Of a stretch of 64,000 nt of DNA, positions 51,358-59,359 are shown one piece after another. The DNA lies in the IMG/VR virus record IMGVR_UViG_3300046674_000395, positions 23,566 through 87,565 of that record. One strand, given 5' to 3'. The translations under genes were made by a program, and so were the position numbers. How positions within the stretch are numbered: position 1 is the first letter of the stretch; every line of letters starts with the position of its first letter. This stretch comes from a virus. Under the pieces are notes generated by a model, which was not told where the DNA came from, did not search any database, and saw nothing but the letters and a program-made list of their open reading frames with translations.

Positions 51358-51582
51358 CCTTACCTCCCAGGTCAGGGAGGTAAGTGGCAGACGAGTCGGG
51401 CTGTACGCCGGGTTCTGTCGCCCGGTCGCCTTCCACCTGCGGTGCTTCAGCGGGATCTTCGGTGCACTGCCCTGACCTGTGGAGACGGGTGGTGACGAGT
51501 TGAGACGGGTGGTGACGGAGTCGGTTCGACCAGGTCTCCCCGGCCGCTCCCCACGGCATGTCCTCCCCAGATTCTCCCCGCG
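51309..51582. repeat. integrase-proximal repeats: candidate att/arm sites
   Basis: gattctcccca x2 at 51310-51331. 17-mer ctccccagattctcccc at 51314-51330 and 51563-51579. 13-mer tggatcaaggaat at 51341-51353 (also at 709-721). gagacgggtggtgacg x2 at 51482-51497 and 51502-51517. Confidence 0.7.
51359..51384 (+). terminator. hairpin immediately after the int stop
   Basis: cttacctccc 51359-51368 / gggaggtaag 51375-51384, perfect 10-bp stem. Confidence 0.7.
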
Positions 51583-51620
51583 CGTCCGCCTTGCCGAGGA
51601 CGTGCGACCTGCGAGAAGGC

Positions 51621-51860
51621 CTAGTGGTGCGTCTCGCAGGCGCCTCCCGGTACGTACTCGCTCCCCGAGCGGGCCGCGGACTCCCGCCGCGTGTCTTCGA
51701 TAGCGATCACGCAGTCCTCGCAGCCGCGGACTTCCTTCTCGCCGTCCGCTCGGGGGTGCACGATGCCGACCACGGCCGTGGGGACTTCGCCTCGCTCGGG
51801 ATGTCGGAAGCAGCTCCCGGAGGCCCATTCGTAGAGGTCGAGGATCTGCTGTCGTTCCAT
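51621..51860 (-). CDS. hypothetical protein
   Basis: ATG 51860 (MERQQILDLYEWASGSCF...), 79 aa. Confidence 0.5.
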   Translation of the reverse strand: MERQQILDLYEWASGSCFRHPERGEVPTAVVGIVHPRADGEKEVRGCEDCVIAIEDTRRESAARSGSEYVPGGACETHH

Positions 51861-52085
51861 GCCGGCTCCCGTTGGCGGTGCGGATGTTGAGGTGGGGGGT
51901 GGTGCGCTGCTGCCCGACCTGTTCAACCGAATGCAGGTGGGAGGGGTTGTTCACTCGATCGAGCGAACATATATTCGATTTCAGGACACTACCTGGAGCC
52001 CTGCGCCATCTGCCATAGCGCAGGGCTGGGCGATCAAGATCACAGAAAGCCTGGTACCACCAGGCTGACTCATGATCGTCTTGGG

Positions 52086-52337
52086 TTGAGCGTTTGTCGA
52101 GTGACATCCGACCCGCCAGACGACGACCTCCGCGAGGAGCGGCAGCGCATCGGCAGGTCCATCCGCAACGCCCGCATGGACGCCAACCTCACCCAGGAGA
52201 AGGTGTTCCTGGCGATCCCGCTCAACCGGGCCTACTACCAGCAGATCGAGAGCGGCGTCGCTAACCCGTCACTGAACACGCTGCTGCGGATTGCCCGCGT
52301 CTTAGGCGTGCGCATCGCCGACCTCCTCCACGGCTGA
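52086..52337 (+). CDS. XRE-family HTH regulator
   Basis: IGRSIRNARMDANLTQEKVFLAIPLNRAYYQQIESGVANPSLNTLLRIARVLGV; start uncertain (TTG 52086 or GTG 52101). Confidence 0.75.
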   Translation: MSVCRVTSDPPDDDLREERQRIGRSIRNARMDANLTQEKVFLAIPLNRAYYQQIESGVANPSLNTLLRIARVLGVRIADLLHG

Positions 52338-52559
52338 CCTGCCGCAACGGCTGCTTCCAGTCGCGTGACTGACCAAGATTCAAGCGCACCGTAATCGGTT
52401 ACGGAAGAGCATGCGCCGTACATATCTTCACGCCGCCCACACATCGGTAACCCTGCATTCACCTTCGGTCGAAGCCGTGGCCTGCACATACCCGGGCAGA
52501 CCATGACACCGGTATCCATAGGCGGCACACAGAACCTCCACAGCAACCTGACCCGTGAG

Positions 52560-52892
52560 TCAGGAAGCCTCGGCCGCCAGCGTCTGGCACTGCTCGGCGA
52601 GCCGGCCGACCTGTATCGCCGCGGACAGCAGGCCGTGGCCGAGACCGGCGTCCAGGGTCTCCCGCGCCTCGCCGACGATGGCCCGCAGCCGGTACCACTC
52701 CCGGGTCCGCTCCACGGCCGCATCGGCCCGCGCCTCGACCGGCGGCAGCAGCTGGGCGACACGGTCCCGTAAGGCCCGGTCGAGTTCCTCGCAGCGCTCC
52801 CGGCGCGGCAGCATCTGCCGGGCGCCGATCGCCTCGTCGATGAGGCTGGCGAGGGTCTGGTCTGTGGCTGGCTGGTCCGTAGGGTGGGGCAT
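52560..52892 (-). CDS. hypothetical helical protein
   Basis: ATG 52892 (MPHPTDQPATDQTLASLIDEAIG...), 110 aa. Confidence 0.52.
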   Translation of the reverse strand: MPHPTDQPATDQTLASLIDEAIGARQMLPRRERCEELDRALRDRVAQLLPPVEARADAAVERTREWYRLRAIVGEARETLDAGLGHGLLSAAIQVGRLAEQCQTLAAEAS

Positions 52893-53054
52893 GTCGACGC
52901 TCCGTTCGTCGGCTGCCTCCGGGACTGCTGGGCCGCGGTCTCGGAGGCGCGTGCAATTGCAGGCTACCGCTACACACTGCCTCATACCGCTACATGGCGC
53001 ACCATGCCGCCTCCTGCGGACGCGCACAGATGCAGGTCGCCATACGTTGCTGGC

Positions 53055-53315
53055 ATGGATGATCAAGCGTCGGTGGTGGATCCGAAGTCGCCCGTGTACG
53101 TCTACGTGCAGGTCGCCGACGACATCCAGGCCCGCATCAAGCGTGGCGAGCTACAGGCCGGCGCGCGGCTTCCCGGAGAGCGGGAGCTCGCCGACCAGTA
53201 CCGGATCGCCTACGGCACAGCCCGCCGCGTCATCCAGGAGCTTCGGGATCGCGGCCTCGCGCAGACCGTGCCGAGCAAGGGGACGTTCATCGTCGGGCCG
53301 GCCCCCGAGGGCTGA
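53055..53315 (+). CDS. stand-alone GntR-type wHTH protein (no effector domain)
   Basis: ATG 53055; YVQVADDIQARIKRGELQAGARLPGERELADQYRIAYGTARRVIQELRDRGL. Confidence 0.75.
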   Translation: MDDQASVVDPKSPVYVYVQVADDIQARIKRGELQAGARLPGERELADQYRIAYGTARRVIQELRDRGLAQTVPSKGTFIVGPAPEG

Positions 53316-53436
53316 TCGGATCTCGCGAAGCCCCATGGGGGCGCCGTCTCCGCAGGTAGAATCGGGGAAAATAGGACGGCCCCCGCTGGTGCTACGAACA
53401 CCGAACGAGGGCCTCACCAGAGGAGTGTTGGTCCTC

Positions 53437-54069
53437 ATGGCTACACGTCAGGCTACCCCGGCCAAGTTGCCGCGCACGTCGCCCCTCGGCTCTTACATCT
53501 ACGTGGTGCACTTCAACGTAGGCGTTGTAAAGGCTGGCTTCACTCGAAGGCCAAGCGAGCGCATCAGCAGGTACCGATGGGACCTTTCCCCGTTTGGGAT
53601 CACGATCGACGATCTCTGGATCTCGGAACCGCATGGCCAGGCGAAGGACAACGAGAAACTGCTTCTCGACTTCTGCCGTGCGCGAGCTGACCAGGTGCGC
53701 AAGGTCGAGTACTTCACCGGGATCGACTTCCAGGAAGTAGTGGCTTTCGCCGGCACGCTGCCCTACGTGCCCCTCCAGCCGCCGCACGTCGCTCCCGTGC
53801 CGCCTCGTCCAGCCAGACAGGGGTCCGAGCCGATCGAGGAAGGGTCTGTGACTCCATATCGGCAACTCGCCGAAATCCTGAAGGCCCGCATACAGCGCGG
53901 AGACTGGCAGCCGGGGCAGGCCGTCACCTCCGAGACCCGGCTGGTCCAGGAGTACGGGCTGGCCCGGTCCACAGTGCGGCGGGCGATCGCCGTGCTGGCC
54001 GAGGAGCAGACCGTGTGGACTGTGCAGGGGCGCGGCACCTATGTGGGGCAGCCTCCCGTCGAGGGCTGA
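53437..54069 (+). CDS. T5orf172 (GIY-YIG-like) domain fused to a C-terminal GntR-type wHTH
   Basis: YIYVVHFNVGVVKAGFTRRPSERI...EKLLLDFCRARADQVRKVEYFTGIDFQEVV, then YRQLAEILKARIQRGDWQPGQAVTSETRLVQEYGLARSTVRRAIAVLAEE; ATG 53437. Confidence 0.72.
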   Translation: MATRQATPAKLPRTSPLGSYIYVVHFNVGVVKAGFTRRPSERISRYRWDLSPFGITIDDLWISEPHGQAKDNEKLLLDFCRARADQVRKVEYFTGIDFQEVVAFAGTLPYVPLQPPHVAPVPPRPARQGSEPIEEGSVTPYRQLAEILKARIQRGDWQPGQAVTSETRLVQEYGLARSTVRRAIAVLAEEQTVWTVQGRGTYVGQPPVEG

Positions 54070-54114
54070 CATGCCGAAGCCCCGCACGGTGGCGGGGCTG
54101 GCGGACGACGCGGC

Positions 54115-54360
54115 TCAGGCGAGGCGCTTCGGCTCTTCGGGTCCATTCGGACCACCGTTCTCGAACTGCGAGTGCTGCCAGACCTCGCCATTCGGTTCGA
54201 CTCGGATGTATGCGCGGCAGCGGGGCGCGGACGGCTCGAAGTCGAGCCCGTAGTAGCGGGGGGTCAGGAACTGGGTGGCGCCTTCCGCGCTGGCCACGGC
54301 CGTCGCCATGCGGATCATCCCGGCCCTGTCGGCGCACTTCGCTCGAACCCTGCTCGCCAT
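54115..54360 (-). CDS. hypothetical protein
   Basis: ATG 54360 behind GGAGAAGGA; 81 aa. Confidence 0.5.
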   Translation of the reverse strand: MASRVRAKCADRAGMIRMATAVASAEGATQFLTPRYYGLDFEPSAPRCRAYIRVEPNGEVWQHSQFENGGPNGPEEPKRLA

Positions 54361-54481
54361 TTCCTTCTCCCCTGCTCGCCGTTCGTTTCTGTTTAACAAG
54401 AATGACGCACACGCCACCTCTTGTCAACGCATCACGCCAGATGGATGCTAGATTCTGTTAAACACTTACTGAGGGGGAGAG

Positions 54482-54670
54482 ATGGGACGACCCGCCACAG
54501 GGCAGACCAAGGTCATGGGCTTCCGACCGCCCAAGCCGCTGCGTGACGAGTTCGAGGCGCTCGCCGAGATCGAGGAACGCACGCCCTCCGACGCGCTCAT
54601 CGAAGCCATGCACGACTGGATCAAAAAGAAGCAGCGAGATCGCGGGGTGCAGCCTCCCATCGAGGGCTGA
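54482..54670 (+). CDS. possible ribbon-helix-helix (CopG-like) protein
   Basis: KVMGFRPPKPLRDEFEALAEIEERTPSDALIEAMHDWI has a beta-strand/helix/helix layout. Confidence 0.52.
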   Translation: MGRPATGQTKVMGFRPPKPLRDEFEALAEIEERTPSDALIEAMHDWIKKKQRDRGVQPPIEG

Positions 54671-54813
54671 CCGATGCTGGCGCGGTGCCGGAATTGAACC
54701 GGCATTTCCCGAGCTCACCTTGGGAGCGGGTCTCAGGCGTTCTGACGTTGAACTAGCCGCAGGCTCAAGGCTCCCACATTCCACCTGTCCGACCCGCGTC
54801 CTAGACTGGCCGC

Positions 54814-55008
54814 ATGATCCCCACTCCCCCACCTCCGGGCCCTGTGCGGCCTGCTGCTGTGGTGAATGAGGAGATCCGCGAGTTGCTCACCGAGGCTGGC
54901 GGCTGGCTGTACGGGCCGTCGCGACAGCGGTACGAGGTGCTCGTCGCCGAGTGGACGGTGGCAGTCGCGGCGGAACGGCTACGCGAGGACATCGTGAAAG
55001 CGGCGTGA
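54814..55008 (+). CDS. hypothetical small protein
   Basis: 64-aa ORF. Confidence 0.42.
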   Translation: MIPTPPPPGPVRPAAVVNEEIRELLTEAGGWLYGPSRQRYEVLVAEWTVAVAAERLREDIVKAA

Positions 55009-55070
55009 CGCTACGCTGCCACGGCGATGCCCCGCCTGCCTTCTACAGGCGGGGCATCAGGGTCGGCGGG

Positions 55071-55271
55071 CTACCAGCCTTCGTGGAAGTGCGGTGCGTT
55101 GACGCTGAGGTACTGGTTGTCGTGGAGTGGCCGGGAGCGAACCCAGCCCCGGCGGGGGTGCAGGGTTCGCGGGGCGTAGCAGTGGCGGCAGAGCCAGCGG
55201 CGCCAGCCCTTAGGAGTCCAGGGGTGTGGCCCAGCGGAGTTGGTCACCTCGTCCTCACACTCGTTCGTCAT
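55071..55271 (-). CDS. hypothetical small Cys/His protein
   Basis: ATG 55271 with ATGA overlap; 66 aa. Confidence 0.48.
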   Translation of the reverse strand: MTNECEDEVTNSAGPHPWTPKGWRRWLCRHCYAPRTLHPRRGWVRSRPLHDNQYLSVNAPHFHEGW

Positions 55272-55648
55272 GGCGCGCCCCTCTCCGTGCGGCAGGGGCA
55301 GTGCGGCGGCCACGCTTCCTCGGTGCAGATACACGGTGCCACGGCGGCGGCGGTGCACCAGGGGCAGCCGGGGACCGGCAGCGGTTTATGGCTGGCGAGG
55401 TGGACGGATTTGCGGCAGGTGCAGCGGTCGACTGACGACGCAGACCCGACGGTGACAGTGACGGTGTGACCGGACAGGGCGGCGATGCGCTGGGCCCAGT
55501 TGAGGCTGAGGTCGACTCGGCCGGTGAGCATCTGACTGAGGTGCTTCTGGCTGATCCCGAGTTGCTGGGCGATCCAGATTTGCTTGAGGCCGTTGTTTTT
55601 GATCAGAGTGCGGATCTGGTTGCGGAGGTTCGTGGAGGGTTCGGTCAC
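55268..55648 (-). CDS. XRE-type HTH fused to a Cys-rich C-terminal region containing GCPWCTAA
   Basis: GLKQIWIAQQLGISQKHLSQMLTGR is an HTH; C-terminus CTCRKSVHLASHKPLPVPGCPWCTAAAVAPCIC. Confidence 0.7.
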   Translation of the reverse strand: MTEPSTNLRNQIRTLIKNNGLKQIWIAQQLGISQKHLSQMLTGRVDLSLNWAQRIAALSGHTVTVTVGSASSVDRCTCRKSVHLASHKPLPVPGCPWCTAAAVAPCICTEEAWPPHCPCRTERGAP

Positions 55649-55651
55649 GGG

Positions 55652-55876
55652 TCAGTCCTCCCTGTCGGGGCGAGGCACGGCGTCGGGGTCGTCGGCCCGG
55701 ATCAGCCGATGCGCCATGCCTCGGGCTGCGGCGAACGCGAACTCGTCGGGGGTCAGGCCAGCGTCCCCTTCGGGGATGTAGAGGTCGCCGTTCTCAGCGA
55801 CGTAGGCGATGCTCGTGGTGGCGTTCCTCGGGTTGATGACCTCATACCAGCCGACGCCCGAATTGACGTCAGTCAC
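55652..55876 (-). CDS. hypothetical protein
   Basis: GTG 55876, 74 aa. Confidence 0.48.
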   Translation of the reverse strand: MTDVNSGVGWYEVINPRNATTSIAYVAENGDLYIPEGDAGLTPDEFAFAAARGMAHRLIRADDPDAVPRPDRED

Positions 55877-56166
55877 GGTTGGCCTCCTCTGCGCGAGTCC
55901 GTTGGGATCTGGTAGCCGATGGCGAAGGCGACCTTCTGCGCCGCCTGGATGTCGAGGCACGGCCACTGGTCCTGGTCGCGGAAGCAGTGACCTTCCCCGT
56001 CCGGGCCGTGGATGGCGGCGACGTCGACGAGCAGCGTGAACAGTTCGCCCGCGAACCAGCCGTCACGCCTCTGCAAGACCCGGGCAGCAGCCAGCAGTTC
56101 GTCACGCGGGCTGGTCGGCCCGATGTCGGCGGGCGGCGCGGCATACAGGGCTTCGAGGTCGGTCAC
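55873..56166 (-). CDS. hypothetical protein
   Basis: GTG 56166, 97 aa. Confidence 0.48.
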   Translation of the reverse strand: MTDLEALYAAPPADIGPTSPRDELLAAARVLQRRDGWFAGELFTLLVDVAAIHGPDGEGHCFRDQDQWPCLDIQAAQKVAFAIGYQIPTDSRRGGQP

Positions 56167-56528
56167 TGCTGCTTCCCCGCCTCGTCGGCCCTGCGGCGCA
56201 ACTCGTCGGATACGACACACAAAGCCGTGCTCACGCTCGCCTTGTCGAACCGGCGGTCGGCCGAGACTCCACGGACATAGTTGGCGGCCTCGCGCAGGGT
56301 CGCGGGCCGGTCGGCGGGCGCAGACGGGGCGTCGACAGGCGCGGCGGGCTCGGCCTCGACGACCGTCACGTCACGGATGTCGTCGTGGCCCTCCAGTGTG
56401 CCCTCGATCCGAGATGCGACGCTACTTACGAAGCCGTCGCGGTCGAAGTAGAAGGCGCCCTTGCGGGTCTCAACCGTCACGGTGAAAACGGCGCTCAGGC
56501 TGCGCTCGGGCCCAGCTTCAGTGCTCAT
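56163..56528 (-). CDS. hypothetical protein
   Basis: 121-aa ORF. Confidence 0.52.
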   Translation of the reverse strand: MSTEAGPERSLSAVFTVTVETRKGAFYFDRDGFVSSVASRIEGTLEGHDDIRDVTVVEAEPAAPVDAPSAPADRPATLREAANYVRGVSADRRFDKASVSTALCVVSDELRRRADEAGKQQ

Positions 56529-56757
56529 TAGACTTCGTCCTCACGTAGGTGTCGTCTGGCCCCCGCCCCGCCCGCAGATGCTCCTTGCAGTTGGAGCAGC
56601 GCTGGACGGGCAGTCGTGGGTGCGGCTCTGGAAGCGTCGGCCCGCAGTTGGGGCACGCTTCCGTAGGCGCTCTGTCTTCGATGCGCTCGTGTTCGCCGGA
56701 CAAGCACAGGACGCAAAATTTGGTGTCCGGGCCGGAGTGCTTTACGCGTTCCGTCAT
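56518..56757 (-). CDS. zinc-ribbon protein
   Basis: CVLCLSG...CPNCG...CSNC. Confidence 0.55.
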   Translation of the reverse strand: MTERVKHSGPDTKFCVLCLSGEHERIEDRAPTEACPNCGPTLPEPHPRLPVQRCSNCKEHLRAGRGPDDTYVRTKSNEH

Positions 56758-56759
56758 GC

Positions 56760-56960
56760 TTACGCCTCCCTCTGGATGTCCCGCTCGCGCTCCTCGGCCT
56801 CAGGGTCGTAGGTGTCCCATACCGGGCTGGTGAACAAGTCGGGCCTCAGTCCGTGATGGTTCTCGGGGATGTCGGCCTGCCCCATGTTGTGACCTCGCGG
56901 GAGAGGGCAGCCGCCCCACTCTCCGCAGCGGTCGGTGTTGGGGGTTGGGCGTTCGGTCAT
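56760..56960 (-). CDS. hypothetical small protein
   Basis: 66-aa ORF. Confidence 0.48.
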   Translation of the reverse strand: MTERPTPNTDRCGEWGGCPLPRGHNMGQADIPENHHGLRPDLFTSPVWDTYDPEAEERERDIQREA

Positions 56961-57349
56961 GATGTCCTTCCGTCTCGGCGGGCGAGCATTCGCTCTTTGG
57001 CCTGCTGTTCGGTGGGCGCTGTCCGTGCAAGCCAGGACCAGCCGTGCCGTGTCCGGTGCTTTCCGTCATGCCCTGGGGTGAGGTTGCATTTGCGAGGCTT
57101 GTAGCGCGAGGGCACCAGGTGGGCAGGGCCGCCTATGTCGTTACATTCGCGCTCGCCTGGATCGGCGAAGTCCTTGAAGTGATCAAGGTGGAGGAGCGTG
57201 GACGCGTCGTCTCGGTAGCACATGTGAGTGACGCAGCTCCCGCAGAACTCACACTCGATGCACTCGGCGAGCAGCCGGGGGTCGACGAGGGCCCCGAAGC
57301 GTGCCGTGTACCGGTGGTTGGCGCACGGCGACTTCCAAACCAGGGCCAT
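56957..57349 (-). CDS. hypothetical Cys-rich protein
   Basis: 130-aa ORF with 8 Cys. Confidence 0.52.
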   Translation of the reverse strand: MALVWKSPCANHRYTARFGALVDPRLLAECIECEFCGSCVTHMCYRDDASTLLHLDHFKDFADPGERECNDIGGPAHLVPSRYKPRKCNLTPGHDGKHRTRHGWSWLARTAPTEQQAKERMLARRDGRTS

Positions 57350-57351
57350 AG

Positions 57352-57867
57352 TCAGCCCTCTCCGCCAGGCCTGTATGCGGGACTTCCGAGGAGCCGGTCG
57401 ATGGGGGCGGTGTACCCGCGCATGCTGCCGAGGTTCTCGTCGATGATCGCGGTGATGGCGTCGTTGGCTTCGCCCTCCCAGTGGTCGAGGACTTCCGCGC
57501 GGCGGATGACCTCACCGAGTTCCTTGAGGCGTTCGGTGTCCTCACAGATGCCCTCTACGAGATCCCGGATCATCTGCACGGCGATCTCCCGGGCGGCCTG
57601 CGCGGCCGGGCTCAGCGCCTCCACCACGTCGGGGAGTACGACGCCCTGCTCGTCGACGAGGACGAGCCCGTGGAAGCCGAAGCGGCCGAGGAGGTAGCGG
57701 CCGGGCTTGCGGCCTTCGACGAGGCCAGCCATGTCGTACTCGCCCATGCGGTGGGTGCGGCGGGCGATGTCGCAGCGCTCGCCGTCAGGGCAGTCGGTCG
57801 GATGGGTCCAGTCGATGCTGCGCTCGCCGTCGATGTCGGTGACGGTCAGGTGGTGCGGGTGGCCCAT
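57352..57867 (-). CDS. hypothetical protein (first gene of a ~2.8 kb leftward operon)
   Basis: ATG 57867 (MGHPHHLTVTDIDGERS...), 171 aa. Confidence 0.55.
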   Translation of the reverse strand: MGHPHHLTVTDIDGERSIDWTHPTDCPDGERCDIARRTHRMGEYDMAGLVEGRKPGRYLLGRFGFHGLVLVDEQGVVLPDVVEALSPAAQAAREIAVQMIRDLVEGICEDTERLKELGEVIRRAEVLDHWEGEANDAITAIIDENLGSMRGYTAPIDRLLGSPAYRPGGEG

Positions 57868-57878
57868 GCCTTCTCCCT

Positions 57879-57931
57879 CTTGGTGGCTTGCCACCAAGCT
57901 TGCCGCACCCTTTGACCGGTGGCAAGCCACC
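57879..57931. promoter_or_regulatory. two GGTGGC-NN-GCCACC palindromes in a divergent promoter region
   Basis: cttggtggc tt gccaccaag 57879-57898; ggtggc aa gccacc 57918-57931. Confidence 0.72.
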
Positions 57932-57946
57932 TGCCATGATTCGCCC

Positions 57947-58174
57947 ATGACCAGCGAAGAAGAACGCCGCAAGCAGCACAGGCACCGCCACAAGCAGCGG
58001 GTACTGCGCGGCATCGACGACGACCTGGTCAACGACTTCGACGCAGCCACCCGCAGCATGGGCAGCGACCGCAGCCACATCACGCGGCAACTTTGGGAGT
58101 GGTACCTACGGCGCCCCGGCGCCGAACTGCCCGAACGGCCAGCCGCCGCAGAGAACGACGACACCACCGCTTAG
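57947..58174 (+). CDS. ribbon-helix-helix-like regulator
   Basis: ATG 57947; KQRVLRGIDDDLVNDFDAATRSMGSDRSHITRQLWEWYL. Confidence 0.55.
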   Translation: MTSEEERRKQHRHRHKQRVLRGIDDDLVNDFDAATRSMGSDRSHITRQLWEWYLRRPGAELPERPAAAENDDTTA

Positions 58175-58183
58175 GATCCTGCG

Positions 58184-58390
58184 GTGGCTGACATCGACTT
58201 CCCCCCGGATCTGCTCGCGCTGGAACGTTCCGCCTGGGAGGCGATCCAGGCCGGCACGCTGACCGTGGACACGGCGCGGGCCGTTCAGGAGGCGGTCGCC
58301 GCCTTCGCCGAGCAGGCCGGGATCCCGCGGTACGACGTCGAGATGGGGCTCAAGCGGACCGTCCGGCACCCGGCGGCCGCGGCCGCCTGA
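58184..58390 (+). CDS. hypothetical small protein
   Basis: 68-aa ORF. Confidence 0.48.
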   Translation: MADIDFPPDLLALERSAWEAIQAGTLTVDTARAVQEAVAAFAEQAGIPRYDVEMGLKRTVRHPAAAAA

Positions 58391-58537
58391 CAGTCGAGTG
58401 CCCCGCTCGGGCATCACTCCGGCGGGGCCCCTCAGCAGCAACAACCCGACTAGATCGCTGGGATGTTCACACCAGCTTACGAGCCGCCACTGACAACGGG
58501 TGCCCCTCGCCGACGGGGATGAAAGCGAGGGGCGGCC

Positions 58538-58744
58538 TCAGTCTCGCAGCTGGGGCGGACCGTCGGGCCAGGACGCGAGCTCCCGCTGCACCAGCTCGTC
58601 GACGAGAGTGATGCGCACCCCGGGCCTGCCGCGCTCACCGATCCACGACGTGAACCGCTTGCGCGCGGTCTCCTCCTCGGCCCACCAGCCCTGCATCGCG
58701 GGCCGGCCGTCGAGGGTCAGGCAGAGGTGATAGCGGTCGTCCAC
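58538..58744 (-). CDS. hypothetical small protein
   Basis: 68-aa ORF. Confidence 0.48.
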   Translation of the reverse strand: MDDRYHLCLTLDGRPAMQGWWAEEETARKRFTSWIGERGRPGVRITLVDELVQRELASWPDGPPQLRD

Positions 58745-58807
58745 ACGGTCAGCCTGCCACGCCGCCCGACCCGGGCCACTGTCAGACCCACCAGCGATGA
58801 TGACCGC

Positions 58808-58981
58808 ATGAAGAACTACGGCCTCACCTGGACCGACCCCGACGGCGTCCCCCGCGCGGCAGCCGTCAGCTACGACAAGGGCAGCGCCGACAGCCGGAAG
58901 GCGCGGCTTGAAGCCGAGGGGTGCACCGCAGTGGAGGTCGTCGAGACGAAGCCGGGTGAGCGGCTCCAGCCAGCGAGCTAA
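58808..58981 (+). CDS. hypothetical small protein
   Basis: ATG 58808 (MKNYGLTWTDPDGVPRAA...), 57 aa. Confidence 0.42.
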   Translation: MKNYGLTWTDPDGVPRAAAVSYDKGSADSRKARLEAEGCTAVEVVETKPGERLQPAS

Positions 58982-58992
58982 AGTGCGGCCCC

Positions 58993-59310
58993 ATGACCGC
59001 AGCCTCGTTCCCTTTTGCCGCAGCCCCGGATGGATGGCGAGTGGCCATCAAGTGCCCAGGCGACAAGACCATCATGGTGATGCCGATCGTCGGGTGGGCC
59101 AGCCCGGTTCACGGCATGCGACGGACCGACGAGGCGCTGGCGATAGAACCCGTGATCCTCTTCGACAACGTCGACGACCCGCTGATCACGACCCTTGCCG
59201 ACACGCTCCACGACTGGACGGACGGCGAAACCCTGCACCAGATCATGGCGCCAGGCTTCTCGGTCCGCGAAGTACCCGCTGGCTGGTCAGTGCGGGAGTA
59301 TGGCGACTAA
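58993..59310 (+). CDS. hypothetical protein
   Basis: 105-aa ORF. Confidence 0.52.
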   Translation: MTAASFPFAAAPDGWRVAIKCPGDKTIMVMPIVGWASPVHGMRRTDEALAIEPVILFDNVDDPLITTLADTLHDWTDGETLHQIMAPGFSVREVPAGWSVREYGD

Positions 59311-59318
59311 CGCACGAG

Positions 59319-59342
59319 CGCCCCGCCCGCAAGGGCGGGGCG
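59319..59342. terminator. bidirectional hairpin between convergent genes
   Basis: cgccccgccc 59319-59328 / gggcggggcg 59333-59342. Confidence 0.75.
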
Positions 59343-59359
59343 CAAGGCTGGACACGATC

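Noticed and set aside
51341-51620. Possible tRNA or tmRNA integration target next to the integrase (ggttcga-like string at ~51522)
   Set aside because: I could not fold a T-arm, acceptor stem or any cloverleaf around it. No tRNA-like sequence was seen at the left boundary either.
50143-52107. 654-aa minus-strand ORF overlapping the integrase
   Set aside because: It is antisense to a well-supported tyrosine integrase and has R/P-rich nonsense composition.
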